Positions 1 through 9,597 of a stretch of DNA of 64,000 nucleotides are shown here, piece after piece. A program made the translations under genes and the position numbers. The stretch is from a virus. How positions within the stretch are numbered: position 1 is the stretch's first letter; every line of letters starts with the position of its first letter. The stretch lies in UHGV virus genome UHGV-1374678; one strand, 5' to 3'. Below the pieces are notes generated by a model. It saw only the letters and a list, made by a program, of their open reading frames with translations. It was not told where the DNA came from and searched no databases.

Positions 1-264
1 TGGAATGTTCTTGTGAGAATCAAAGGATATGAAAAGGAAAAGGTCATCAATTATAGTGATTCTAACAATCCATTCTTACAGATGTTTGAAGATACTAGCT
101 GGGTAAAATGTAGAAATGGAGAAGAACATCCTGAACCTAACTGGTGTGAATATCTCATGTGGAATCGAGGTAAGAACACAGATATGCCAGCATTATTAGC
201 ATATAAGTATTACGAAGATGAAGAAAATGACAAATATGTGGAATCAATTTTGAAAGGAGAATAA
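1..264 (+). CDS. hypothetical protein (possibly 5'-partial; open to window edge)
   Basis: ORF in frame 1 with no upstream stop before the window start. Ends in GE* inside a GGAGAATAA junction motif. Confidence 0.4.
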   Translation, partial: WNVLVRIKGYEKEKVINYSDSNNPFLQMFEDTSWVKCRNGEEHPEPNWCEYLMWNRGKNTDMPALLAYKYYEDEENDKYVESILKGE

Positions 265-269
265 AAGAC

Positions 270-569
270 ATGCGGAAATATTTTAATACTCAGTTCGACA
301 TTGGTGATGCTGTTTGGACAGTAGAGCTTGGAAGTCATTCCGGAAGATATCATGTATGTAAAAGATATGTGGAATATTTCAAGCTGGTCACAGGCGATGT
401 GCTTTATGGATTTACTTACAATATTGAAGTTTCAAAATGTCAGTGTTTTCATACAGAAGAAATGGCAGAGCATTGTGCTGAAGTTTGGAATAAGAAGTTA
501 GAAAAGATCGAAGAACAACACAATTCGGAGAATAAAGACTTGGAAGAAAGGAGTGGCTGTTATGCCTGA
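270..569 (+). CDS. hypothetical small Cys-rich protein
   Basis: ORF track. AAGACATG RBS-like spacing. Tight packing with neighbours. Confidence 0.45.
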   Translation: MRKYFNTQFDIGDAVWTVELGSHSGRYHVCKRYVEYFKLVTGDVLYGFTYNIEVSKCQCFHTEEMAEHCAEVWNKKLEKIEEQHNSENKDLEERSGCYA

Positions 570-786
570 TATTACAATGTGTTTATGTACAGAATGCAAA
601 ATGAAAGCTACTTGCTACAGAGCAAGGGCTAATCCAGATTTCTTCTATCAGAGCTATGCGGATTTTACGGAGTTCTGCAAGAGGGAAGAATATAAATACT
701 ACATAGAAGATCGTAAAAAAGAAACAAGCTGTTGGAGTGTTGTGAAGAAATCGATCTTTCATAAAACGGAAAAGAAGGTGAATTAA
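553..786 (+). CDS. hypothetical Cys-rich protein
   Basis: ORF with CxxC motifs (CLCTECKMKATC). Overlaps the upstream stop. Confidence 0.4.
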   Translation: MAVMPDITMCLCTECKMKATCYRARANPDFFYQSYADFTEFCKREEYKYYIEDRKKETSCWSVVKKSIFHKTEKKVN

Positions 787-798
787 TTAAGTGATTGG

Positions 799-1065
799 AT
801 GCTAATTTTATTGATTACATACGCTATGATCAGTCTTTGCTTGTCACTTTGTTGGCTCATTCTCCATGGAGGAGAATTCATTTCTTTTATCAAGAGTTGG
901 ACGAGTAATAAAAATTGGTTTGGCAAGTTATACATGACACCTATAATTATTTTCTGTCTTCCGGCAATTATTTTGACATTTTTATTTGAAATAATTGTAC
1001 TGATTGTAGCAGAAATTGCTTTACTCGGAATAAAGAAAGAATATAGGAATGATAAAAAAGGGTGA
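799..1065 (+). CDS. small membrane protein (WFG-motif family)
   Basis: Hydrophobic translation with two predicted TM segments and an NKNWFGKL motif. The same motif occurs in 1074..1238 and 2749..3006. Confidence 0.4.
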   Translation: MLILLITYAMISLCLSLCWLILHGGEFISFIKSWTSNKNWFGKLYMTPIIIFCLPAIILTFLFEIIVLIVAEIALLGIKKEYRNDKKG

Positions 1066-1073
1066 TGAAAACA

Positions 1074-1238
1074 ATGATTCAAACGAAAATTTTACAGGCG
1101 GTGCTGTATGCACTTACAACAATTTTTAGTGTAATATTCATGATTAGAACAAAAGAGAAGGAAAATAAATATATTTGGTTTGGCATGGCTTTATGTTGGA
1201 TCGGAGCATTTATTGGAAAGATTGGAGAAATAATCTAG
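1074..1238 (+). CDS. small membrane peptide (54 aa, WFG-motif family)
   Basis: ATG at 1074 preceded by GGGTGATGAAAACA. Hydrophobic 54-aa ORF containing YIWFGMAL. Not in the ORF track because it is under 60 aa. Confidence 0.35.
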   Translation: MIQTKILQAVLYALTTIFSVIFMIRTKEKENKYIWFGMALCWIGAFIGKIGEII

Positions 1239-1283
1239 ATTAAAGCAAGCAAATTAGCCAATTAGAAGAAAGTCACATTTCAA

Positions 1284-1688
1284 ATGAGAAAGGAGAATAA
1301 AATAATGGCAACATTGAAAAATTATTACGCAGTAGCAGAAACAGTACAGAGATACGGAGGTAGGTATTATTACGCAATTTACAATGATGGTAATACATAT
1401 ACAGTAGGAGATAAGGTGATTGTGTCTGGAGCTTGTGATGATGTTCTTGAGATTACTAATATTCTTACACCAGAAGAAATTTCAAGAAATATCACAGCCG
1501 AAGGAATCTGTAAAGTCGATACGTCAGCTTATGATGCCCGTGTTCAGAGACGTAAAAAAGCAGATAAGCTTAAGAAAGAAATGGACAAAATGATCAAGGC
1601 AATGGATGAATCTAAGAAATACGAAATGTATGCAGAAGAGAGCCCTGCTTTAGCGGAGAAGCTGAATGAATATAAGACACTTGTGTAA
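1284..1688 (+). CDS. hypothetical protein
   Basis: ORF with AAGGAGAATAA RBS/junction motif upstream. Confidence 0.5.
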   Translation: MRKENKIMATLKNYYAVAETVQRYGGRYYYAIYNDGNTYTVGDKVIVSGACDDVLEITNILTPEEISRNITAEGICKVDTSAYDARVQRRKKADKLKKEMDKMIKAMDESKKYEMYAEESPALAEKLNEYKTLV

Positions 1689-1702
1689 GGAGAATATTAT
1701 AT

Positions 1703-2647
1703 ATGAAGTATAAAGTTGGAGATAAAGTTAGAGTCAGAAGCGATTTGACAGAAGGTAAAGAATATGGTGGAGTTTTTGTTATTTCGGATATGTCTGAATT
1801 GCGTGGAAAAATAGTAACCATTGCACGAATATTATATGATGATTGTACGCCTTTAAAGTCGTGCTATACAATTAAAGAAATGGAATGTTGTTGGACAGAT
1901 GACATGTTTGAACCTGTGCCTTATGATGGCATAATGGATGCTATTAGATATAGTGAAGATATACAGAAAATGATCGATGATATGCATAAATTCTTTTTTC
2001 ATAGCGTAATTAAAGATTTGACAAATGAGATAAAAGGAGAGGGCAAAAATAAAATGAACGACAAGAAGACGAATAATAAGAAAAAGAAGATGACACAGAG
2101 AGAAAGACTTGAAATGAAACTTGAAGAGTGTAGAAATAAATCTATTGTACATTCAGTGGAAGTTGTCGTGCCAGACAAAGTTGTAAAGGTTGCAATTGAA
2201 AGATGGTATGAATTGGAAGAATATAAACTTGTATGTGATCCACAGGACACATTTAGTGTTGAAAGAGCTGTAATCCTTGCTTTAGTAAAAAACGATAATT
2301 CAGATCTTACGGCTGAAGGTATTGAGCATGAAGCTGATCAGTTTAAATTCTACAAGAGTAAGATGGAAGTTCTTAAAAATGCAATGAAAGTATATAAAGC
2401 ACAGCTTGCCATTAAAGAATATGATGAAAAAGAAAAAGTCGAGAGGGAAAGAATCCGAGAGAATAAGAAAAAAAATAAAATTGCTCAGAAGAAGAGAAGA
2501 GCTGAAAGACTTGCGGAAGAAAAACTGAAAGAAACAAAGGAAGCAGCGAAGATTTATGCTGAAGCACTGAAATCAGCTTTGTGTGGTTATGAAATTTCAG
2601 AAGATACGGTTGAGAACATGGCAAAAGATATGAATATAAGAGTGTAA
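1703..2647 (+). CDS. hypothetical Lys/Glu-rich coiled-coil protein
   Basis: 314-aa ORF with RBS AAGGAGAATATTATATATG. Followed by a hairpin terminator. Confidence 0.55.
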   Translation: MKYKVGDKVRVRSDLTEGKEYGGVFVISDMSELRGKIVTIARILYDDCTPLKSCYTIKEMECCWTDDMFEPVPYDGIMDAIRYSEDIQKMIDDMHKFFFHSVIKDLTNEIKGEGKNKMNDKKTNNKKKKMTQRERLEMKLEECRNKSIVHSVEVVVPDKVVKVAIERWYELEEYKLVCDPQDTFSVERAVILALVKNDNSDLTAEGIEHEADQFKFYKSKMEVLKNAMKVYKAQLAIKEYDEKEKVERERIRENKKKNKIAQKKRRAERLAEEKLKETKEAAKIYAEALKSALCGYEISEDTVENMAKDMNIRV

Positions 2648-2654
2648 GTGGTAG

Positions 2655-2704
2655 CAGGTGCGTAGAGAATAAGTAATATACAACTCTGCGCACCTGTGTA
2701 AAAA
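2655..2704 (+). terminator. rho-independent terminator-like hairpin
   Basis: CAGGTGCG...CGCACCTG stem of 8+ bp with a 25-nt loop, followed by an A/T-rich tail. Confidence 0.45.
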
Positions 2705-2748
2705 TGGATGTATTAATTATAGCATGTATTACAGCAGAAAGGAAGTAG

Positions 2749-3006
2749 GTGATTACTATAGAATTCGTTTATGTTTTGATTATTTTGGCATATATTTGTG
2801 TCATTATGATTAGCTTCGTGGACTTTATGAATTGTAATTTCACATACTTTAGTTATAAGGCAAATTATGAAAGATGGAATAAACTAAATTGGTTTGGCAT
2901 CGTATTTATAACTTCTGTGATTTGTATTTTGTTCTTTCCGTTGTCGATCGGATATGGTATTTGCAGATTTATTCGTTGGGTTTTCACGGTTGGAAGGAAA
3001 GATTAA
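2749..3006 (+). CDS. small membrane protein (WFG-motif family)
   Basis: Hydrophobic ORF with an NKLNWFGIVFIT motif. Confidence 0.4.
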   Translation: MITIEFVYVLIILAYICVIMISFVDFMNCNFTYFSYKANYERWNKLNWFGIVFITSVICILFFPLSIGYGICRFIRWVFTVGRKD

Positions 3007-3007
3007 T

Positions 3008-3221
3008 TATGAAAATCAAATTCTCAAATGGAAGTAGTTTGGAATCAATCGAATCAACAGATAGTAAAAGAAGTAAACGTGCAGAAAAGATTTTGTATTA
3101 CAAAAAGAATCCATATAAATTAATAAAATATTTATACGGAGAGAACTTACATTTATATCAAAAGTTATGGATAAAATTTATTATACTTGCAGAGAAATGG
3201 AGACAATTATGGAAAATGTAG
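3008..3221 (+). CDS. hypothetical protein
   Basis: Internal ATG at 3008 (MKIKFSNG) following the stop of the previous gene. The longer ORF from 2889 overlaps the upstream gene. Confidence 0.35.
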
Positions 3222-3469
3222 AAGAGAAGACTGTAGAAGTAAAAAGAAAAATTCATAAATTCTATTGCGATAAATGTGGAGAATATTTAGGTGAGAGTGA
3301 AGAGTTTGATGATGAATATTATGAGGAAATCGGATATGTTACTCAACGTGTTGTTGTAAATGGAAAACAATACATCTATAAAAGACATCTGTGTAGCAAA
3401 TGTAAAGAAAATTTCTATAAAGATCTAGGCAATGTTTTGGAAATTGTTGGTTTTGTAAATGTTGGATAA
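3167..3469 (+). CDS. zinc-ribbon protein
   Basis: Two CxxC pairs (CDKCGE ... CSKCKE). Confidence 0.45.
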   Translation: MDKIYYTCREMETIMENVEEKTVEVKRKIHKFYCDKCGEYLGESEEFDDEYYEEIGYVTQRVVVNGKQYIYKRHLCSKCKENFYKDLGNVLEIVGFVNVG

Positions 3470-3471
3470 TT

Positions 3472-3780
3472 ATGCAGATTATTAGTATGCCAAGATGTTC
3501 TGGAAAAACAATGCTTGCAATTAAGAGGACGAGAGATATGAAAAGAAGAGAAAGGATACAGTTGACCAAATGGGCAGATAAATTGTCTGATAAAGACTTG
3601 GAAGATGCATATTATGATGCAGTTTATGACTGTTTAGGAAGTGAAACAGAAGAAATGTATGAACTAGGTTATGATCCAATAGATATTGCAGAACAAGAAA
3701 AATGTGAAAAGTATCTTAGCGAAAAGGCTGATGTGTTGGAAGAACTATGTGAAAGACGAGGAATTAAGTTATGGGAATAA
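3472..3780 (+). CDS. hypothetical acidic protein
   Basis: ORF track only. Confidence 0.4.
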   Translation: MQIISMPRCSGKTMLAIKRTRDMKRRERIQLTKWADKLSDKDLEDAYYDAVYDCLGSETEEMYELGYDPIDIAEQEKCEKYLSEKADVLEELCERRGIKLWE

Positions 3781-3801
3781 AGAATAAAGGAGTATAGACC
3801 A

Positions 3802-4362
3802 ATGGGAACTAAAGATAATACTTATGCAAACACAGGAAAGAGATTATATTTTCTATCAGACGATGTAGATAATGAATCAATTGGACAACTTACATGGAAC
3901 ATATTGCATCAGCTTGCAGAAGATGATGAGAAAGATAAGAAAGAAAAGGATTATAAACGTGAACCAATTAAAATCTACATCAATTCGTATGGTGGAGTAG
4001 TTTATGACATGTGGGGATTGATTGACATTATTGTAAATAGCAAAACACCAATTTATACATATTGTACCGGTTATGCCATGAGTGCAGCTTTCAAGATTTT
4101 CTTAGCAGGGCATAAGCGATATTGTTACAAGCACTCCACATTCATGATTCATCAACCTGTTTGTTGGATTAGTGGAAAATATACAGATATTAAAGAAAAC
4201 ATGGCAGAACATGATCGAATGAATGAATATATTATCCAGTATATTCTTGATAGAACATATTTTAAAAAAGAAGAACTGGATAATATTTGGGAAAAGAAAC
4301 AAGACTTTTATATTAATTCAGAAGATGCTGAGAAATATGGAATTGTTAATGAAGTTTTGTAA
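3802..4362 (+). CDS. clpP: ClpP-family serine protease
   Basis: YINSYGGVVYDMWGLIDII ... TYCTGYAMSAAF ... FMIHQP aligns with the ClpP core (YINSPGG, GQAASMG catalytic Ser, MIHQP catalytic His). Confidence 0.8.
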   Translation: MGTKDNTYANTGKRLYFLSDDVDNESIGQLTWNILHQLAEDDEKDKKEKDYKREPIKIYINSYGGVVYDMWGLIDIIVNSKTPIYTYCTGYAMSAAFKIFLAGHKRYCYKHSTFMIHQPVCWISGKYTDIKENMAEHDRMNEYIIQYILDRTYFKKEELDNIWEKKQDFYINSEDAEKYGIVNEVL

Positions 4363-4380
4363 AACGAATGTGGTGATTAA

Positions 4381-5511
4381 ATGAGAGTATATAAAGATAA
4401 ACAATTTCTTGTCTTTGATTTTGAAGACGGAAGAAATGTTAAGTATGATTTTGCGACCAAGACAGCGATCGGAATCAAAGGAAAACCTGTAAAAGATTTG
4501 CGAAGTCAGTTAAGTGGAATTTCAATGAACCGAGTAATTGAAAATTGTGACGATAAGAAGTATGCAAAATTCTTGAATTTTGTAATGAGAGCAGAATCTT
4601 CATATCATGAAATTTGGAATATCGGAACTGTACTTGATAGAGTTCCATTTTATTCAAGATTTGAGCAATTATTTTCTGCTGGTATAGATGATATTGTTGA
4701 CGTAAGAGAACAAAACTTGAAAAGTTTTAAATATTCTATTGAAGACATTCCAAAATCACTTCTTAAAATATGTAGAAAATATTCTATAAAAATTTCCAAC
4801 GACACTATTAGATTTTATAAAGAAAACCCAAACGCATATTGTATTGCCTATAAGTTAGATTATTTAAGTTTGGATTATTACGACATCTATAAAATATGGA
4901 AAACATCAGAAAACATGTATGATGCAAACGCAAAATCATATTTTAACATCCTTGTAAATGAGTACGGATATAATGCAAAAGATTTATGGCTATACATAGA
5001 TAGAATAAAGACATTTGAAGCAATTGAAGATATGGCTTTTCTTATTCGTGAATTATGTGATTATGCGGACATGATGAGGCAGCTTAGTAATAAGTACGAC
5101 AAGTATCCAAGACATTTTCTTACAACTCATAAAATTGCATGTAGAAATTATGACAGAATGAAGAAAGAATTTTCAGAAGAGTTATTTAGAAAAAGAATTA
5201 AAAAAGAATATGAATGTTCATTTGGAGAATATGTATTTATTTATCCTAAGTCTACTCAAGATATCAAGGATGAGGCAGCCTGCCAAAGTAATTGTGTTAG
5301 TTCTTATATAGATAAGGTTATTGATGGATACTGTCATATATTATTCTTGAGAAAAAAGAACAGTCCAAAAGAAAGTCTTGTAACAATAGAGGTTAGAAAT
5401 GATCAGATTGTCCAGGCTAAAAGAAGATTCAACGATGATGTAACAGAAGAACAGAAAGAAGTAATTGATAAGTTCAATAAGAAATTTGGAAAGGAGATTA
5501 AGGCAGCATGA
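4381..5511 (+). CDS. hypothetical protein (376 aa)
   Basis: Long ORF with an RBS. No confident family assignment from sequence alone. Confidence 0.5.
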   Translation: MRVYKDKQFLVFDFEDGRNVKYDFATKTAIGIKGKPVKDLRSQLSGISMNRVIENCDDKKYAKFLNFVMRAESSYHEIWNIGTVLDRVPFYSRFEQLFSAGIDDIVDVREQNLKSFKYSIEDIPKSLLKICRKYSIKISNDTIRFYKENPNAYCIAYKLDYLSLDYYDIYKIWKTSENMYDANAKSYFNILVNEYGYNAKDLWLYIDRIKTFEAIEDMAFLIRELCDYADMMRQLSNKYDKYPRHFLTTHKIACRNYDRMKKEFSEELFRKRIKKEYECSFGEYVFIYPKSTQDIKDEAACQSNCVSSYIDKVIDGYCHILFLRKKNSPKESLVTIEVRNDQIVQAKRRFNDDVTEEQKEVIDKFNKKFGKEIKAA

Positions 5512-5963
5512 TTAAGGGTGATAAGATAAGACTTAAAGCAAAAATGGGTGTGTTTGATAACATCGGAGAAATCTGTGAAGTAATAGATATAAGTGATGGT
5601 GGAGTGATTTGTTTTAAATTTGGTAATGGAAGTCATCTTGGTTGTATGTCATTCGATGAATACGAGAAGTATTTTGAATTGGTTGAGGAAGAAAAAGAAC
5701 CAGTAAAAAGAGTTTGGAGTAAGTGGAAGCTTGGTTATATTACTTTTTATAACCAAACTGGAGAATGTATTGAAGAGGATATTTATTATAGAGAAAACAG
5801 AAAACGTGTGCAAGTAAAACTAAAAGATGGAAGTTTAAGAGCGAATGCATCTTGTTGTAAAGAAGACGAGTTCGATTTTTCCAAGGGAAGAGAATTAGCG
5901 GAAAAACGACTGATTATGAAATATCTTGCCAGAGAAGTAAAGGAATATGCAGATTCATTGTAG
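5508..5963 (+). CDS. hypothetical protein
   Basis: ORF whose start overlaps the upstream stop (ATGA). Confidence 0.45.
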   Translation: MIKGDKIRLKAKMGVFDNIGEICEVIDISDGGVICFKFGNGSHLGCMSFDEYEKYFELVEEEKEPVKRVWSKWKLGYITFYNQTGECIEEDIYYRENRKRVQVKLKDGSLRANASCCKEDEFDFSKGRELAEKRLIMKYLAREVKEYADSL

Positions 5964-5983
5964 AAGATAGGAGAATAAAATAA

Positions 5984-6445
5984 ATGATTATATTACTTAT
6001 TATAATTTCAATCATAGGATTTATTATAGCTTATGTAATTGATGAAGATTTTGCTGGTTTTTTCTCAGTATGTTTCTGTGTATTACTTGTCATTGGTATG
6101 TTTTTAGGGATTTCTGTAAGTAATGGAAAAACCATAGACGAAAAAATTGTAATGTACCAAGAAGAGAATAACAAAATAGAGAAACAAATCGACACATTGG
6201 TTTCTAATTATATGAACTATGAATCTGATACATATGAAAAAATAAAATCAGAAAGTTCTATTACATTAGTTTCTATGTATCCAGAACTGAAATCAGATAA
6301 ATTAGTAGAAGAACAAATTTCCGTATATGAAGAAAACAATAAAAAGATCAGAGAATTCAAGGAAGATAAGATCAACCTGAAAGTTAAGAAGTGGTGGTTG
6401 TATTTTGGAGGTCGAATGAAATCGAACTTTCATAATGGAGAATAA
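5984..6445 (+). CDS. membrane-anchored coiled-coil protein
   Basis: N-terminal TM segments followed by a coiled-coil region. GGAGAATAAAATAAATG junction motif. Confidence 0.45.
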   Translation: MIILLIIISIIGFIIAYVIDEDFAGFFSVCFCVLLVIGMFLGISVSNGKTIDEKIVMYQEENNKIEKQIDTLVSNYMNYESDTYEKIKSESSITLVSMYPELKSDKLVEEQISVYEENNKKIREFKEDKINLKVKKWWLYFGGRMKSNFHNGE

Positions 6446-6447
6446 CT

Positions 6448-6777
6448 ATGTGTAAGTATTGTGATGAAAATTCATACGAATGCGAAGTCTTTCGTGGAGA
6501 TAATGGCTATTACCTGGATGTAGAAACGTTGGAATGGGATAATTACTATGATGAAATTGTACATATCAGGTTGGATATAAACTATTGTCCGTACTGTGGA
6601 AGAAAGTTGGATGAAGAAGATGTAAAACCAATTATTCTGGATCAATCAAACGGAGATATCGAATATGAGTGTCCTATGTGTGGAATACAGGTTGTATCTA
6701 ATATTGGAACTAAAAGTAACTGTTGTGGCGAATGCGGTTGTAAATTTGATTGGAGTGAGATTGATGAGACCAATTGA
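6448..6777 (+). CDS. zinc-ribbon protein
   Basis: Multiple CxxC motifs (CPYCG, CPMCG, CCGECGC). Confidence 0.45.
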   Translation: MCKYCDENSYECEVFRGDNGYYLDVETLEWDNYYDEIVHIRLDINYCPYCGRKLDEEDVKPIILDQSNGDIEYECPMCGIQVVSNIGTKSNCCGECGCKFDWSEIDETN

Positions 6778-7051
6778 TGCAGATTTATTAATGGAAAATT
6801 TAGGTTTTGATGATACAGAAGAAGAAAGAGAAGAAAATGTCGGAGAAATCATCACATGGGAAGGTGTTGATAGTCTGCCGACAGCGTTTGACGTGGAGCA
6901 AGTTGTAAGAGAGCTTAAAGAATTAAAAATGCGTTACTATATGACAATAGCAAACACAGGTGATGCGGATAAAGATTGTGCTTATCTCAATACTGCAAAT
7001 GCTATTGATAAAGCTATTGAAATTGTTAAGAGAGGTGGAAGAGAATGTTAG
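6762..7051 (+). CDS. hypothetical protein
   Basis: Internal ATG at 6762 (MRPIDADLL) overlaps the upstream stop. Ends in RGGREC via the shared GGTGGAAGAGA RBS. Confidence 0.4.
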
Positions 7052-7533
7052 TTCCGGCAATTTTATACAAAGAGCAAATCCAAAAAGAATTTCAAAAATA
7101 TTACTACACAACAGATATGATGTACGAGACAGGCTGCTTAGACAATTGGAGTCCAAACATAGAAGAAAACCCAGATGAACAAACATACCAATATGCAATT
7201 ATAGGAAATGATAATAAGTTGATTGGCTTTCTTGCTTTCAGAATAGATTGGTATTGCTCACGTGTTTATAATTTTGGCTTGTTTTCATTCGACAGAGGAA
7301 ATGCATTGATTGGAAGAGAAGTCTTTAAAAAATTAGATAAACTTGTTAATAGATTTCATAGAGTGGAGTGGAGAGCTGTTAGCGGTAATCCTGCTTGCAA
7401 AAGTTACGACAGTTTTATAGAAAAATATGATGGAAATAAGCACGTTCTTAAAGATGCAATTAGAGATAGAGCTGGTAATTATCACGATGATATTATTTAT
7501 GAGATTGTGAAGCGAGGCGGAAGAGATGAATGA
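7045..7533 (+). CDS. hypothetical protein
   Basis: ORF track. Same GGCGGAAGAGATG junction at its 3' end. Confidence 0.45.
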   Translation: MLVPAILYKEQIQKEFQKYYYTTDMMYETGCLDNWSPNIEENPDEQTYQYAIIGNDNKLIGFLAFRIDWYCSRVYNFGLFSFDRGNALIGREVFKKLDKLVNRFHRVEWRAVSGNPACKSYDSFIEKYDGNKHVLKDAIRDRAGNYHDDIIYEIVKRGGRDE

Positions 7534-7747
7534 AAAAGAGTTATGTCTAATGTGCGAAAGTTACCAAGAAGACACAAAATGTGAACAACGTGATAACTGT
7601 AAGCTCATGGCAATACTACAAGAAAACATAGAACTAAAGAAAAAAGTAAGTCGATTAAAACATCAATTGGACGAATCGGAATTAAAACGATCATATATGA
7701 TAGATCCGAATGCAATTGGTGATAGACACGAAATGGGTTGCTGGTAG
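7526..7747 (+). CDS. hypothetical Cys-rich protein
   Basis: ORF track. Confidence 0.4.
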   Translation: MNEKELCLMCESYQEDTKCEQRDNCKLMAILQENIELKKKVSRLKHQLDESELKRSYMIDPNAIGDRHEMGCW

Positions 7748-7760
7748 AGGGGTGGAAGAG

Positions 7761-7910
7761 ATGAGGAATAAACTGGATGATGTGTTAAGCCGAATACAGT
7801 TATATTCATACTTGTTGCCAACAGTAAAAATTGGAAATGCGATCATGGATTTCAGAGAAAAGTATACACTTCTGGATTGTAAGAAAGAGAGATGTCGAAG
7901 AGATGATTGA
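7761..7910 (+). CDS. hypothetical small protein
   Basis: ATG at 7761 immediately after the GGGTGGAAGAG RBS. Confidence 0.3.
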   Translation: MRNKLDDVLSRIQLYSYLLPTVKIGNAIMDFREKYTLLDCKKERCRRDD

Positions 7911-8187
7911 AATTGTAAAAAACATTTTAATAGTGGTTGGGATGGTAACAATCGCTTGTGTAATTATATGTTTTGCAATTGAATTTAAAGAAAAATTCAA
8001 GAGTTGGAGAAAAAATGGCTGTAAGATTAAGTTCCTATGCAGGCATGAATATGATGTTGAATTTACAAGCAGTTTATTTGGCGAAATATCATTGAAATGC
8101 AGAAAATGCGGAAAGAAAAAAATAATCAAGAATTTGAGTAGTGAATTGGTAGATAAACTTTGGTGGGGTGGAAGAGATGAAGAATAA
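7904..8187 (+). CDS. membrane-anchored zinc-ribbon protein
   Basis: ATG at 7904 after GTCGAAGAGATG. TM segment followed by CxxC...CxxC. Confidence 0.4.
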
Positions 8188-8638
8188 AGAGAAGTACGCA
8201 AGTGAGATTGTTGAAATTGCTTGTAATGGTGATAGCATTGCAATAACAAGCGATGGTGGTAAGTTGGTGCAGTGTAATCATATTAGCTGTTGTGAATGCT
8301 TGTTTGAGAATAGTAAAGATTGCCATGAGAAAGTAAAAAAATGGGCAGAATCCGAATACATAGAAAAGCCAGTGATTTCTAAAAAAGATAAAGCTTTTTT
8401 GGAGTATATCAAAGAAGAGTTTAAGTATATTGCAAGGGATGGTAGAAATGAGAATTTGTTTGCGTGGAGTGCAAAGCCCGAAAGAGGACTTACCATAAAC
8501 GAATGGCTGGATACGGGAAGTGATGCGATAGGACTTTACGGATTTAACCTAGACCTCCCAATGGTTAAATGGTCAGACTCCGAACCGTGGCTTATCGAGG
8601 ACTTGAAGAAGTTGGAGGTAGTGGACAGTTATGAGTAA
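8177..8638 (+). CDS. hypothetical protein
   Basis: ATG at 8177 after GGGTGGAAGAGATG. Confidence 0.45.
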   Translation: MKNKEKYASEIVEIACNGDSIAITSDGGKLVQCNHISCCECLFENSKDCHEKVKKWAESEYIEKPVISKKDKAFLEYIKEEFKYIARDGRNENLFAWSAKPERGLTINEWLDTGSDAIGLYGFNLDLPMVKWSDSEPWLIEDLKKLEVVDSYE

Positions 8639-8909
8639 AATTCCAAAAGAAATAGTAGACAAAATTGAGCAAAGAAATAAACTCAACGAAGAAATAGAGG
8701 CATGGTGCAAAGAAAACCTTGATATGGATGGAATGTGCTCGGACTGTGCCGATATCACAGACCATCACACCGGCAAGGAGCAAGGAAATGATGAATGCAA
8801 AGAATGGTGCGAGCAGTGGACAGGATATTGTGAAGATGACTATTACGGTCATTATTACTGGGAAACAGAGTATCCAGAAAAGTATTTGCATATGGATTTT
8901 TGGGTTTAA
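8631..8909 (+). CDS. hypothetical Cys-rich protein
   Basis: ORF track. Confidence 0.4.
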   Translation: MSKIPKEIVDKIEQRNKLNEEIEAWCKENLDMDGMCSDCADITDHHTGKEQGNDECKEWCEQWTGYCEDDYYGHYYWETEYPEKYLHMDFWV

Positions 8910-8930
8910 AGGTGGAGGAATCATAGAAGC

Positions 8931-9434
8931 ATGAATAGAGAAATACTTTTTAGAGGGAAACGTGTAGATAATGGCAAGTGGATAGATGGATATTTGTTTG
9001 ACGATGGCTACCCAAAACCTAGGCACGTTTTTGTAGGTGGTTTGGTGATTAATGAATACAAAGGAACGGCTTGTGATGAATGGGATATTAATGCAATTGA
9101 TTTTGCGGATGTTAAACCGGATACGATTTGCCAGTACACAGGATTAACCGACAAGAACGGAAAGAAAATCTTTGAGGGAGATATATTAAGAGGATTTCAA
9201 TATCCATTCTGTCATGATGAAGAATACAACTATTACGCAGAGATTATTTTTGTGAATTGTTCTTTTATGACTTATACACACAAAAATCCATCATCTTGTG
9301 TTAGAGGAATATCTGATGGGAATACAGAATTGATGGAGTGTTGGGTAAGTGAGGATTGGGAAGTTATTGGCAACATCTATGACGATCCTGAACTGTTAGA
9401 AGATAAGGAGAATAGCAATGGCAAAGATATTTAA
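8931..9434 (+). CDS. YopX-family phage protein
   Basis: N-terminal ILFRGKRVDNGKWIDGY and CQYTGLTDKNGKKIFEGDIL match the YopX hallmark (QYTGLKDKNGKEIYEGDI). Confidence 0.6.
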   Translation: MNREILFRGKRVDNGKWIDGYLFDDGYPKPRHVFVGGLVINEYKGTACDEWDINAIDFADVKPDTICQYTGLTDKNGKKIFEGDILRGFQYPFCHDEEYNYYAEIIFVNCSFMTYTHKNPSSCVRGISDGNTELMECWVSEDWEVIGNIYDDPELLEDKENSNGKDI

Positions 9435-9597
9435 AGTAAGCGGATATTTTGTGGATACAAATGGTAATTACTCAACGGAAGCTATCTATAATTTGATTTT
9501 TAATGGATGGGCAGAGCTTGAACTACGGCATGGACATACAGAACTGGAAGAAATATCCGATAGCTAAGCAAGTCGCAAGAATCGAATCAATAAGTCA

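Noticed and set aside
2889-3221. Long form of the ORF starting at 2889.
   Set aside because: It overlaps the preceding membrane-protein gene by 118 nt in another frame. The internal ATG at 3008 right after the upstream stop is more consistent with the genome's tight junction style.
6665-8187. Apparent shared C-terminal RGGR(E/D)E protein motif suggesting a domain family.
   Set aside because: It is the translation of a repeated RBS/start element (GGTGGAAGAGATG) at gene junctions, not a protein domain.
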